From assembly GCF_001194135.2 (NCBI RefSeq), contig NC_068983.1:125185579-125227194 (forward strand): 41,616 nucleotides of DNA, read 5' to 3'. A program made the translations under genes and the position numbers. Below are positions 24,185 to 37,129 of the stretch, in pieces. The first letter of the stretch is position 1. The number at the start of each line of letters is the position of its first letter. The DNA is from Octopus bimaculoides (taxonomy: Eukaryota). The notes below the pieces were generated by a model. The model saw only the letters and a list, made by a program, of their open reading frames with translations, did no database searches and was not told the DNA's origin.

Positions 24185-24560
24185 TCCTTTTATAACGCGT
24201 CATTTCAAGTGATACGTAAATAATGCTTTCTCAGATGATACAAATAAAAATCTATTTCATCAAAAATCTATGAATAGCGTAAGTGATGTCATTCAGCAAC
24301 ATTCAGTCTGTATATGTAAAAATACTCATATAGAATATTCTTGCAAAATAATCCATTTGCCTATTAAGAAACAAGTTGAAACAGGTACGGTTTTTAATCT
24401 ATTATAGCATATGTTCTATGTTGAAGAAACAATCTAGTCTGTTTTCTTTTGTTAATAACTTAGACGTCTTTGTTCAGGCATCTTCTTGTTAAATATAATG
24501 TAGAGTTCAAATAATATAATTTATTTGTATTTTATATCACAATCAGTGAACAATAGAATG
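24185..24560. repeat. Unassigned interspersed repeat, copy 2 (partner at 12200-12590)
   Basis: Colinear shared blocks listed for copy 1. Confidence 0.8.
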
Positions 24561-24795
24561 CTGCATACAAAATACTAATACGGCGATGATGGGTTAACTG
24601 GTATTCTCTCTATGATACTGACAAAAGATTGTATGTAGTTCGGGCCAGAGCAGATGTCAGTAAAGACTAAGAAATTCAGCTTCAGATTTTCTTGCTGGAT
24701 AACTACACTCTTCGTAGATGTATATTTACGAAAAATTTCTCTTTCTAATAAATCTATCTGTCTGTCTATCTGATGCGTTCCGATGGTCATACTAT

Positions 24796-25522
24796 CCGTT
24801 TGCTGCCAACACTCGTTAAAAGGAGGGCTGGGCATGCCGTGGTTGTTGATGCTCAGACACGCGCTGAGACTTCGACATCTCCGGCTCTACGCAGACTACG
24901 GTAAATATGTTTGGTCACCGTTTCTGAATTGCGCTTTTCCGCACCTCGTCTCCATGACCGAACTGCAGCCGTGGATCAAAAAGAGGACGAGGGAGGGTGA
25001 ATGGCACCGTGAGTGTCGCGTTGCTCTCGAGCAACTATGCCGTCCCGGGTCGACTTTGAGCGACTGCAACACAACCAAAGTATTCTATAGGGGATTAGTA
25101 GAGGGGAGGTACGACGACGATCTCGGGTCAAACCTGGGCGTCGACGAGGAAGACCGGACCAGCCTGTTGAAGATGACTTTTGGGCTGGGACCTACGGACA
25201 ACTTCCAGAGATCCCTGGCCTGGAAGTGCTGTCGAGAAGCGCTATCCGTTCGTGATAAGCTCTGCAGACATGGTTCGAGAGACACGGTGCCGACCTGCCT
25301 GAGATTCAGTGTCCAACCATTTCTGACCTGTGAGCCTATGTCGAACGAATGCTATCCCGTGTGGGACGAGTGAGTTTATCGGCACAGTCTATCGTGAATA
25401 TTGTCGCGCCTACTTCCTTGAAACGGGAAGGAAGAGCCATTTTCATCGTACTTGTGTCTATGGCGAAAGAATGTGTATGGTGGACTCATCTGAGAGGTCT
25501 ACAGACAAACACTTTCTTCTCT
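24796..25522 (+). pseudogene. Tx1/L1-clade LINE ORF2 C-terminal fragment
   Basis: CCQHSLKGGLGMP..HALRLRHL..WHRECRVAL..QRSLAWKCCREALSVRDKL.RHG..PTC, then after a frameshift SMAKECVWWT. Visibly more GC-rich than its flanks. Confidence 0.85.
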
Positions 25523-25524
25523 AA

Positions 25525-25753
25525 GGCGGCGGGCGGGCAGAAACGTTAGCATGCCAGGCGAAATGCTTAGCAGTATTTCGTCTGCCGTTACGTTCTGAGT
25601 TCAAATTCCGCCGACGTCGGGTTTGCCTTTCATCCTTTCGGGGTCGATAATTTAAGTACCAGTTACGTACTGGGGCCGATGTAATCGACTTAATCCCTTT
25701 GTCTGTCCTTATTTGTCCCCTGTATGTTTAGCCCCTTTGGGCAATAAAGAAAT
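25525..25753 (+). mobile_element. Full-length SINE family A
   Basis: Split tRNA-like head (ggcggcgggcgggcagaa..gagttcaaattcc), core tttgcctttcatcctttcggggtcgataa and an aataaagaaat tail. Confidence 0.88.
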
Positions 25754-26334
25754 GAGACACAATCTTTCCTCTTTGGTGAATCTCTTACGAACTTCTTCAA
25801 GTATCACTTGAAGAAGAAGGTGGGAGTAGAGAGAGAACTGTTGCCTAGTGAATGTTTCAAAAAAGATGGGTGAATGTAGCAAGGATGGCATGTGTGAATG
25901 ACGGAGTCACCTTGAGCTTATGCTATGAACCAGAAAAGAAAAGGAAAAATGTGAGTCACTGACTGTAATGTGTGTTTTACATGACATTATAGTCCAAGGT
26001 TACCGTAGTCTTTTCCGTGGGCTATTCTTTCCACGGGTAAACCTAATATGTTTCCCCTTTTACATTATAACATTTCTGTGATACACGATCCCTATTGCTC
26101 GGCTTCCTTTTTCTTCTTTTTTTCTACGATCCCATTTGATCGAAATTCTACCCCCTTTTTTACTTCTTTCCTTTCCCAAAAGAAAAGTTCTACTTTGTAT
26201 TTTGACCCCTCTGTGTTCGGCCCTGTGTTGCTAATAAAGAAACATATCTGCCTATCAGTTATCTGTCTATCTATATTTACGCACACACATATATGTCACT
26301 GTAGGTTTCATCACACCCCCAGTACATATTTTGG

Positions 26335-26375
26335 TATACACACACACGTACGCACACACGCCCACACACACGCCC

Positions 26376-26436
<61 letters not shown>

Positions 26437-26530
26437 TATATATATAACTATGTATACACACACTCACACACACAAAAAAACATGCATATACATACACACA
26501 CACACACATATGCACACGCACACACACATA
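26335..26530. repeat. (CA)n-rich compound microsatellite
   Basis: Visible. Confidence 0.92.
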
Positions 26531-26675
26531 TGTACGGCGGACTTTTTTCAGTCCATTCGGAAGGATCTCGTCGGTCCGAGGCTGCAGTAGAAAAACAATT
26601 CCTCAAGGTGCCATGCAGTGGGAGTGAACCCGAAAACATGTGTTTGAGAAGCAAAGTTCCTACCACACAGTTACA
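26531..26675 (-). mobile_element. SINE family B, 5' half with an internal deletion
   Basis: The reverse complement gggttcactcccactgcatggcaccttgagg matches the family B head. Confidence 0.75.
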
Positions 26676-28129
26676 CACGTATATACATATACACACACAT
26701 GTATATACATAATACATACATACACACCAGATTCACAAACAAAAATTTTTATTTAGCTTGACTTTGACACATGTATAGCTGAACGGTGAAAACATCTTAT
26801 GCAGCTGCTCTCATCGCTTTAATAGTTTTAGAAATAAGTATGTTACATAATGAGGTGTAATATTCTTGATAATATGAAGCTCCTACTATATGGAGTTTTA
26901 GACTAATTGTAAGAGTCATTATTGAAATGATTAAAGAAACAAGAAATAATTATTAATTTTCTTGGACTTTTTTTAACATACACCAAACTATGCCATTTAA
27001 TATTAAATTTTTTTTCACATTTTACAATTTTAAAATGTTTTCCGTTTATTGAAATTTACTGTTTCACATTGTATGGAAATTGTTAAGTAAAAATATTTAT
27101 CAAACAGTAAATTTTATTTGTATTGAATGGAAATTGGCTATTATTTATCGAATAAAAGAAAATCGATCACTTTCCAATATGTGATAGTCCGTTTATCTTT
27201 TTAGAAATACTTCCAATTATTACTGATTTCTTTTCGTATTAAGTTATATCAAAGCTGCAATTACTATGCATAATGGACAACCTAATGAGAGTTCATTAAT
27301 GTGACTGCTCGTTATGCTAGAAGTAGCGACCAGGTGTTCCTCAGATGAAATCTCAATATCTTAAATTTGGCACGTTGAATGCTGTAGATACATCGAATTT
27401 TCTATATCTAAAGAAATAATCGAATAATCATGACTGAAAGAATTTTCATTTTAAATCTACTAATCATCCACAGATCCTCTCGAAGCCGGACATCGATTTG
27501 ATAATACAATCTGAGTCAGCGTTGAGCGATTATGATACGACTTCACGAAGAATAAATACGTGTGTTAAATATGCTTCTTTCAAACTAGCGGCGAAAATTT
27601 CTATTTGATATATATTTTAGCTGATCTAGTGGTGTTGGTGGTAATGGCAATAATGTTCACGACAACAAAAGGAAAGAATAACATAACTTATCGGTACATG
27701 AAAAAAAGACGGCGTCATATCTATTCAACCGGCTTCCTAATTATTCCTTTCTTAACAATAAGGCCGAGGTATAATAATGTCGAAATTATATATGAAATAA
27801 CCGAATACACATAATACACTTTTAATGATAAAGATTTCAAATACATTTACTTTCATCTGTCAATAGATGCACATAAACATTGAAGTTTAATCCTCATTCA
27901 ACCAAGTGAAATATTTAAGCGAAGAGAGTGGTAAAGGACGTAATTTGTAGTCGATGCTAGTAATGTAAATTTCTGTGAATTAAACCGTAGGAATAACGGG
28001 GTGGAAATAAACCCTATACGAGGTCTATAAATATGAAACATTTATATTGAATAGATATCATAACATCTAGATGTTTCAGTGCTTATTCTCCTAGTTAGCC
28101 TGTGTTGAAAGAAAGACAGTTGTTTAGCG

Positions 28130-28700
28130 GTTTAGTAGAAATTGATATTATTAATAGTTTCTTTACAAATCCGTCGGAAATAGAAATATATAAGTAAACG
28201 AAATAATGTCTTATAAAGTAGGCAAACATTCTTAATGATCTACCGATAGAATATGAATTATGACAAAATCTGGGACTACGTAGATGTTACAGGAATGTAA
28301 CCGTAATTCGTGCAATGTTTAGTTCAATTGTGATGTTTTACCACAGAGGTTGTACAATGTCTCAGAAAGTCGTAACTGCAAAGCTTATATTCTCGTACCT
28401 TATACAGCTGAAATATATCACACAGAGAGAAAATATGAAATCGATACAGTTTTATTCCATTAAAAGCAAGGGCTCTGGATGTTTCATACGGTAAAAAGGG
28501 AGCTTTGATTATAATAGACATGGTGGAAAAGTAATTCCAGTAATAATACTTCCATAGTAATATGGGCATGAAGTTGGAGGCGGAAGTAAACTTAATATAT
28601 GTTGTGGCCATGCTTAAACACAAGGCAAATATGTCCTTGTAATATATTTTGTTTTATTGTGCTGAATGGTATGGTCTAGATTACTGTTAGTAATCTGAAA
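28130..28700 (+). mobile_element. Possible decayed Penelope-like remnant
   Basis: LVEIDIINSFFTNP (for VSFDV.SLFTN.P), IWDYVDV, YILVPY..RKYEIDTVLF and VNLIYVV occur in order. Confidence 0.4.
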
Positions 28701-28983
28701 AATCAAAGGATCAAGCGTCTTTGCCGCGATAGGTCGTCGCATTACCCGCATTTTTTACCAGCAGATTGGACTGGAGCAAAATGAAATGAAGTCTACACGC
28801 ACGCACACTCGCACGCACACACGCACGCACACACGCACCCCCCACACACATACACACACATTCCTAATTGTACCATACTATATTTTCATTACGCCCGATC
28901 TTACCAATCGTGTTCGCCTCACAGATTCAACGAACTATCAGGTAACAATCTGATAACGTAACCCTGCGCTCATCAGTGGTGGG

Positions 28984-29026
<43 letters not shown>

Positions 29027-29049
29027 AACAAATAGTAAATGAGTATATG

Positions 29050-29258
29050 CATATATACGTACAGGTATGTGCATACCGACATCCACCTGTATGTATAGGT
29101 GCATATCTGGGTACAGGACATTGCAAACAAAACAGAGACGAGAAAACACATAAGCCACATAGAGAACATTCTACTTCATCAGCTACTTCCGTTTTAACAC
29201 CGGCGTTTCGAAGAGCTAGGCAGGACGCATCGTTAAAACAGCTCTTCCCATAGACCGC
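29050..29258 (-). other. Structured repeat with hammerhead-like parts and two interleaved 8-bp stems
   Basis: gaagagct/agctcttc (29210-29217/29240-29247) and gttttaac/gttaaaac (29191-29198/29232-29239). GAAAC and CTGATGA are on the minus strand. Confidence 0.55.
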
Positions 29259-29999
29259 AAATTTATATATATATTAGGTTGGAGCATAATTTTTGTGGGT
29301 TTTTTTTTCAATAAATTTTATCCAACAAAAGATTTAATCAAAACACCAATTTAAACGAAACGTCAAGCAGAAATTGAAGTAGATGGTGAATGTGATTCGG
29401 AATAATCATTTAAAGATGTTTTCTTTAAATGCTGTAATTGTTTTTGTTGAATAAAATTTATTGATAAACGCCGCAATTATTAATCATCAACCTAAGAGTA
29501 TTAATAATAATTAGGAGAGCGGAGTTTTTTTACATCTATAATTTTATTTAACAGTCATTTGCAATATCTTTATGGAACATACACGTGTTTCAACTGCAGT
29601 GCCTGCAAACCGTTGGATATGTAGCCTAGCGTCATGGTCGGTGCAGGTTTATCTGGCCCCACACCGTCTCCCGTTTTAAAATAAAACTGAAGGAATCAAG
29701 AAACTGAATTATTAAAGTGTTTTGTGGAATATATTTATTGTTCATACCTTTCTTCGAGATTTCTCCATGATCTCGCAGCTAGAGATATGAGGTATATACT
29801 GTGATTTGCCTTAACAAATTAAACAGTGTTTCCCATCATTTTTTTAGTAGAGTACGCCGGTAGGTCATTGAAAGGCAGATGCAGTTTCATTTGAGGTCGT
29901 ATCTTATATATTTTTTATTACAGTAGAAACTGTAAATAAGCAACAGTCAGTTTCAAGAATGTCAGTACTTTCACAGCGTTAACAAATATGCTTCACAAA

Positions 30000-30600
30000 A
30001 ATAAAGAAAACATAATTTATTCTTATTTATTTTACATTAGACTGTTTGCTTCTGTATTTGCAAGAGCGAGCAGCATGTCATAAATGGTGCTATATTCTAT
30101 TGGAGTGCTGGTCTTATTTCGTATATACCACATATTAGAAAGTTATTGATTCTAGTGCTAACGTTGCACGTTGATGGAATGTAGTTAGCTGTTTAGAAAT
30201 GAAGACTACATGAAAAGTTTCAGGGAATGGATTTTGCGGGCTTAATGGGCAACCACTTTATAATAATTATGATTTTATCAAAGTCTGGTACGAGTTGTTT
30301 ACAGATCCAGTTGTCAGCTGCTTTCAGTGATATATGCAGCACTCATGGTTTGTGAAGCTCCGAAGACGTTTACAAATTCGTTCCGTCAGCAACGGACCAT
30401 GTCCAATCAATTATTCTTTTATTACTTCCACAAGCAGTGAAAATGCGGAAATATTTTTGTTCTATATTGTTTTTCAATTCGGAAACTCTTAAAGAAAGTA
30501 TTTTCAACAGGTCTAAGTGAGTCAAACACTGCTATATCATTTACAAAGTCCAATATGGGAGATTCGCGGGAATGAACGAAATTCTCATTTTTAATTTATT
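30000..30600 (-). mobile_element. Possible decayed CR1/L2-type RT remnant
   Basis: SLRPVENTFFKSFRIEK (for NYRPIS..FSK.LEK) is followed by VLHISLKAADN (for VF.D.SKAFD). Weak. Confidence 0.3.
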
Positions 30601-31750
30601 CTTACGAAATTCTTGAATTGCTTTGGAACGAAAACGCAATTTCTTTAGACATAATGACGACTGTATAACAAAATCCCGGTTTCGTGATACCAACGCAGAG
30701 ACTATAGTAAATCAGAAAGGAATAATCACTTCCTAATTCATAACAGAAAGTATTGAGCATTCTATGACGGAGAATATTGCTAAGGATGAAATATGCAGTT
30801 TTAATTACAGTATCAATAACATCTTGACAGTTTTAAAGTCAGCACAACAAATACATGTCAATGAAGTATGCAGTGCTAAGTTTTCATTCTTCTTTCACCA
30901 GAGCTGTGCGACTATCATTGTACCTATCTATTGCTTAGAGCATCAGTAATCCAGTTTGTTTAACTAGATAATTGCCTTCCAAAAATTCAACGGGAAATAT
31001 CAACAAATTTGCTACGAATCAGCAATGATTCACAAAGAAAGCTCATTCTTTGATACTTCATCATCACAATCATCATCATCATGACGAATGGTGCATACGA
31101 AACTAATTCGCTACAAATCTAATTCGCTAATGTCAGTCGATTAATCCATATGAGAAATAAGTATTATTTAATTTCAATATATCTCCTGGTCATGTATACC
31201 TCTCATCTCAGTAACTCGGCACCCAATGATTTGAGCCAATTAAAATTTCGCTGCTTCTTCAAGGATAAGTTCTATCATTTTAAGGTTGACAATCATTTGT
31301 GGCGCAAAAAGAAAGGCTCTATTATTCCTGAAATAAATATATGCCACTTCAGACGAGACTTGCAAAAATTGTTTTGTTAACAAAGAGAATGGAAGGGGAG
31401 AAATTCAGTTTGATCGTATCGGGAACGATCACTTTGAAGTATTTCAATTTCATTCCTGCAATCTTACGGATCTTAAATTAGATTTGCACATTACTTTTGT
31501 AATTCATTTATATAGCTCAGGTACGAGAAGATTGCTTGACTAGATTTGCTATTAAAAGAGATCCGGGCAGCATTAACATTTAAGGGAGTATATCTACTAA
31601 TAATGACGAATTAATAAAATCCGTAAATTTATGTGTGGTAAAACATTCTCAGTATATAGATAATAATAAAAATCTATTACATTTACCATTGTACAAGAGA
31701 TGAAAATAAGATAGATGATTGAGTAGACAATTTATTTTGCATACACAAAA

Positions 31751-31789
<39 letters not shown>

Positions 31790-31800
31790 TACTGTGAGGT

Positions 31801-31993
31801 CTGCTGTAGCCTCAGGCCGACCAAAAGCCTTGTGAGTGGATTTGGTGAACGGAAACTGGAAGAAGACCGTATATACATATTTGTGTGTGTGTGTCTGTTT
31901 CCCCCACCGTGTCGTTTGGAAACCGAGGCTGGTGGGTTTCCGTCTCCCCAACTTAGTGGTTCGGCAAAAGCGATCCATAGAATAAGTACGAGC
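31801..31993 (+). mobile_element. SINE family B, central part
   Basis: gtagcctcaggccgaccaaaagccttgtgagtggatttggtgaacggaaactg, an internal (TG)n tract, and aacttagtggttcggcaaaa. Confidence 0.78.
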
Positions 31994-32104
31994 TTTTTTC
32001 ATTATGAGGTTTTTTCACGCTGACTACTTGATAAATTCTTATAAAGATTTTATCCTATATTATATAATATATATATATATATATATATAAATATATATAT
32101 ATGT

Positions 32105-32138
32105 GTGAAGGTGCATGGCTCAGTGGTTAGAGCGTTGG
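32105..32138 (+). mobile_element. Truncated tRNA-like SINE head
   Basis: A-box-like tggctcagtggttagagcg with no downstream B box. Confidence 0.5.
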
Positions 32139-32149
32139 TAAAATAACTT

Positions 32150-32400
32150 CTCTATACAGAGGTATCATACAGTCTGGTCTCCATCATAAGCGATGCATCT
32201 GTACTAACGTTAAACTCATTTCCTGTATCCCCGAAAACAGGCACTGTTTTATTCTCGAAACAAGGTTTCGAGAAGTGTGTTATATATTGGACAGACCAGT
32301 TGGAGGACGTCAGATTTTGCAAGTACTATAGAAGGAGGACGCTGAACACACCCAAGTTGTTGATTGCCTCCTCTGTTGCTGAAGTGTTCTTCGAGTGTTC
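32150..32400 (-). pseudogene. Gypsy/Ty3 pol fragment (RT-RNase H connection)
   Basis: The minus frame reads YLQNLTSSNWSVQYITHFSKPCFENKTVPVFGDTGNEFNVSTDAS, matching L.K...W....AF..K...PVL..D...F.V.TDAS. Confidence 0.55.
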
Positions 32401-32544
32401 ATTGTCATGTTGAATGAAGAAATATTTTCAAATATTATTTCGATCTCTTATTCTTATTGGCAATTCTAAAGTTTTTTTTACAGTATTTCAATGTGCTGCA
32501 CATTGTTTATAACACAAACACTTTTCAGGCAAAGGAGGCACTCT

Positions 32545-32632
32545 TCTCAAAGCAAACTGCAGTCAGCCCAGTGATGTAGTAGAAGATACTTGTCCAAGTT
32601 GTAAAGCTGTGTGACTGGACCTGAAACATTAT
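32545..32632 (-). mobile_element. SINE family B, head fragment
   Basis: The reverse complement caggtccagtcacacagc..cttggacaagtatcttctacta matches the family B head. Confidence 0.55.
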
Positions 32633-32679
32633 GGATGCAATACATGGTTTATTAACTATACTGCGATACCTGTATCAGC

Positions 32680-32830
<151 letters not shown>

Positions 32831-33722
32831 TGTATCTATGTGTATGTGTGCATGTGTGCATGTGTGCGTGTGTGTGCGTTTGTATCTGTGAAAGAGTGTG
32901 TGCGTGTGCGTGAATGCTGAGGATGGGTGCGAGTGAAATTTCCTGTGTTCATGTGTTTTATGGTTTCCGGTGTCTTCGTTAGTACACGTTTTAGTGAACA
33001 AAATATAGCTAAAATTATTTGTAACTACGATATAACCTAATTCTCTATGGGCGCTTAAATAGTTCATGTTATATAAGTTAAATTTTGATGTTTGTAGTAT
33101 TCATTTCATATACTTTTTAGTTTTGTTCTTAAAATGTAGTTTCGCTTCTCCATATTGTTAATGCCTTTTGTTGTAACACCAGAGAGGTGTTTACTTTTGA
33201 TATGTAGTCCATTTTCCTTTATCTAATATTTTTATCGACAATATATTCAACGCATTGTATATTATTATATTTTCACACTGCCAGCTGCTCTAGTGCACAT
33301 TATAGTATTTGAATAACAGCTTTATCGGTTATTTAACTCAAAAGAAAACTCTAACTTAATTTTTTTTGCTATCATACCAAAAGTATATACGATAAAATTG
33401 TTTCAATAAGCATAAAGATAATTTTATGCTTATCATCATCTCCTCAGATGTTTTTGTGCAACTAGTATCTATCGTTAACGCATTTACATATTTTCTCCAT
33501 GGTATATTAAACGATAGATTTCAGTGTTACTCATACAAACACGACAATTTTAATTATTCAGCTCCATTAAATGTCTTTCTTTGTTATTCTGTAATGAGAT
33601 TATTCTGTAATGAGATTTATTTGTATTCTTCCATTTTTTCCTATATTTTCCATTTATTTTTTTTTTCGAAATCGTATATAGAGCCTATTTCGCTTGCAGT
33701 TTCATTATTATTATTATTGAGA

Positions 33723-33945
33723 AGGTGGCGAGCTGACAGAATCGGTAGCACACCGGGTAAAATGTTAGGCATCATTTTGTCTGTCTTTACGTTCTGAGTT
33801 CAAATTCTGCCGATGTCGATTTTGCCTTTCATCCTTTCGGGGCCGATAAAATAAATACCAGTTCTGTACTAGAATCTATTTAATCGACTATCTCGGCCCT
33901 ATAAAATTCAGGTCTTTTGCCTAGAGTAGAAAGGAATATTATTAG
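33723..33945 (+). mobile_element. Full-length SINE family A
   Basis: ggtggcgagctgacagaatcg..ttacgttctgagttcaaattctgccgatgtcgattttgcctttcatcctttcgggg. Confidence 0.88.
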
Positions 33946-34600
33946 TAGAGACTAGTAAACTGCTTATCTTCAACACCAGGTAAGAATTGTTTCATTTGCA
34001 TAGTACTGTAAAATGTTCGTTGTAATGGAATGGCAGATACACGAACAAAACATGGACACAACACTTTAAACTTAGAGTCCCAATCGTATCGAAGTCAACT
34101 TTATCATTTATCCTCCAGGGTCGATATGTTAAATTGGTAGTCATGTATTGATTTCAATTTAATCGAATGCTCTCCTCTTTTTATATATTTAAGGATGCCT
34201 CTGTATTACAAAGATTCGTTGAGTTGAATAACATTCCAAATATACAGGTGCATTGTTTAAAAATATTCGAACATTATTATGCTGCCTAATTTCATGTTGT
34301 GTTGCCCGCGTACAGTACGTGTTTGTTTCCAGAGTAGCTTGGCATAATACACGTAATTACGACATTTCTACACTTAACAGTGAGCTTGTAAAGCGTATCA
34401 AACAGAATGCGCAGTTGATTGTGTCGCGTCATATTTCGTTCCCTAATTGCGCCTTATCATTAATCACTCTTGCGTCCACATGTACCGCCTTGTGACAATG
34501 TAGCCTTTAATCTAATCAAGATATCTTTGGTCTGAAGAGTAGCCGGTGGTGTACACCTCACTTAGACTTTATCACTTCCGAGGTTCCACTCGCTATGAAA

Positions 34601-34618
34601 CACACACACACACACACA

Positions 34619-34684
<66 letters not shown>

Positions 34685-34692
34685 CACACACA
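34601..34692. repeat. (CA)n microsatellite
   Basis: Visible. Confidence 0.96.
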
Positions 34693-34695
34693 TGA

Positions 34696-35124
34696 TATTC
34701 TTTTATTCTTTCACTTGTTTCAGTTATTTAACTGCGGCCATGCAGTAGCACCGCCTTGAAGGATTTTAGTAGAACAAATCGACCCCGGGACATATTTCTT
34801 AAGCCTAGTATTTATTGTATCGGTATGTTTTTCGAAACCGCTTAATTACGGGGACGTATCTCACCAACTCCGGTTGTCAAGCGGGGATAGCGGGGTCAAA
34901 CATGTAGACAAAGACACAGACACACAAATAAACACACACACATGCTCAGAGACAAACACACGTACAACTATACGATGGTCTTTTTTTCAGTCTCCATCTA
35001 CGAACTCCACTCACAAGGCTTTGGTGGTACTAAAGTTATACTAGAAGACACTTGCTCAAGGTTCGACGTAGTGAGACTGAATCTGGAACCATGTGGCTAG
35101 AAGTAAGCTTTTTACCATACAGTC
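34696..35124 (-). mobile_element. Full-length SINE family B
   Basis: Reverse complement of the 23686-24101 element, with the internal CA-rich tract at about 34915-34960. Confidence 0.85.
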
Positions 35125-35304
35125 AATTAGTGGGACCCTTAGGAATTCCAAAGAACGACAAAGGTTAAGAGAGGCTATTTCAAAAAGAAAAGATAATTTA
35201 CATTCTTAATCTTATTTTGTTAATTTCTTCCAGTGACTTATTATTGTGACTTCCAGTCACAATAATATATTTTTTTGAAATTTCCATCTGTTAAGCACTT
35301 GATA

Positions 35305-35314
35305 TTTCTTTCTC

Positions 35315-35369
<55 letters not shown>

Positions 35370-35370
35370 C

Positions 35371-35406
<36 letters not shown>

Positions 35407-35433
35407 ACTTTCTTTCTTTCTTTCTTTCTTTCT

Positions 35434-35490
<57 letters not shown>
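35305..35490. repeat. (TTTC)n(TC)n microsatellite
   Basis: Visible; explains the ER/KK and FLSF ORFs. Confidence 0.97.
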
Positions 35491-35493
<3 letters not shown>

Positions 35494-36199
35494 CTCTTCC
35501 AAAAACTTTTTAACCATGTAATTCACTTCTTCATATCTTTAAAATTTCTGTTTCTCTTCACCTCTCATTTCTACTAACCACATGGATGACAGCATAATGT
35601 ACTGGTTGGCTATCCTCTCCCTCACATGTTCTCACATTCCCTCTTCCTCTCTATCTCATCCCCCTCCCCTTACTCTAATAAACTAATGCGTAAAGTGGAA
35701 ATGAATAGGTAAAAGAATAACATTATAAATGTAGTTCAAGAAAAAATAGTTTTCACTATCAACACACCAGACCCACCACCACCACCACCACTCACCATCA
35801 GCACATTACCGTCTGCTAAATATTTTATCCTTCACATATCTCTTTCTCTGTACCTTTCCCTCCCAACTCTACAGCACATCATTAACACTTCTCTTTCCCT
35901 CTTTCCTTTCACCGTTTTTGCTTGCTCTTTGCCTCTCCCTTCAAGGGAGAGGTGCATTTGGTCTTAGTGTATTATACTCCTCTCTTCTTTCTTCTCTATT
36001 CACATTCCCCTCTCTTTCACTTTTACTCCACGTCTCAGTTACTTCATATCCACCTCTCACTCACTCCCCCTCTACCCATCACTCACTCAACCTCCACATC
36101 TCACTCACTCCACCTCCACCTCTCACTGAATCTACCTCCACCTCTCTAACCAATAAAGTATAACGGACGAACAAACCTACAGATTATCAGATTATTCTG

Positions 36200-36640
36200 A
36201 CTGTCTTTCCGTCCGGGACCCCTGTATCTCAGTCTATATTTGCTCTACATAGACTTATCATAACTTTTTAGAATCAGGATGTTCCCGATGTTGAAAATCT
36301 GCACGTCGTTTGGTTCTGGGACCTTCAGCATTGGAATCAGTTCTGAATGAGTATTTGTTATATGCTTACAACAAAAAATTCAAAATTTAAAAGAACTCCA
36401 AAAAAAGACTTTTATACAAATTGAATTTAACGGATATCGTATTGTGAGGATAATACCATATTGGTAGGGTACCAATAAAGACAGAGGTAATAAAAGGCAT
36501 TACTACGCAAGCGTTCCAGGACTGCTTATAGCAGTGGAAAACCTGTCTGGGCCGATGCATTGCTTGAAATGGTGAATACTTTGAAGGCGATAAAAGTGTA
36601 AACATATAAGACTAAGTGAATAAAATAATATTGAAAATTT
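36200..36640 (-). mobile_element. Possible decayed L1/Tx1-type RT start
   Basis: KQCIGPDRFS (for PGPDGF), then LIPMLKVPEPNDVQ..NILILKSYDK (for LIPK.....NYRPI.LLN..YK). Confidence 0.4.
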
Positions 36641-37129
36641 CTTTTGTGTATTCCCTCTTACACACTCACACATGTATATANNNNNNNNNNNTATATATAT
36701 AATGTTCATCTGTCCATGCTGTCCCTTGTACATGGAAGAATAAAAGCCATCAGGCCTTGAGAGTACTTCGCAAATCAATTTTCTTTGATACTCTTGTCCT
36801 GGAAAAGACTGCATGGCACTGGACCATCTTTGGAAATGCAAACCAAGTCCGACTACATAGATAGTTACTGGTTGAGTCAGAACTTTTTCGCATTTGAAGT
36901 TTTAATTAGTAATTAAAAAAACGCGATAAGTGTTTATTCTTCAGAATATACCCCATCATATTCTTTGTCTATTGTCATCGTGGTGCCAGAAGCTCCATTT
37001 CACGCTTATAGTATTTTGCTGGTTTGGAGGCAAAATATCTCTCAACTGTTTAAAATCTCATCCAGATTGTTCAAACTTCTTCCGAGCTGGAATTGAGTCA
37101 CCAATCGGAAAGTGTAGTAAGCTGTAGAC

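Noticed and set aside
32950-33600. Possible LINE post-RT remnants here and at about 12750-13050 (minus strand)
   Set aside because: Only one weak motif each (VLQQKALTIW; LYFSIKWSCVKRSYC), which is insufficient in AT-rich DNA.
35580-36160. Hydrophobic and Ser/His/Pro-rich ORFs
   Set aside because: Pyrimidine-rich low-complexity sequence.
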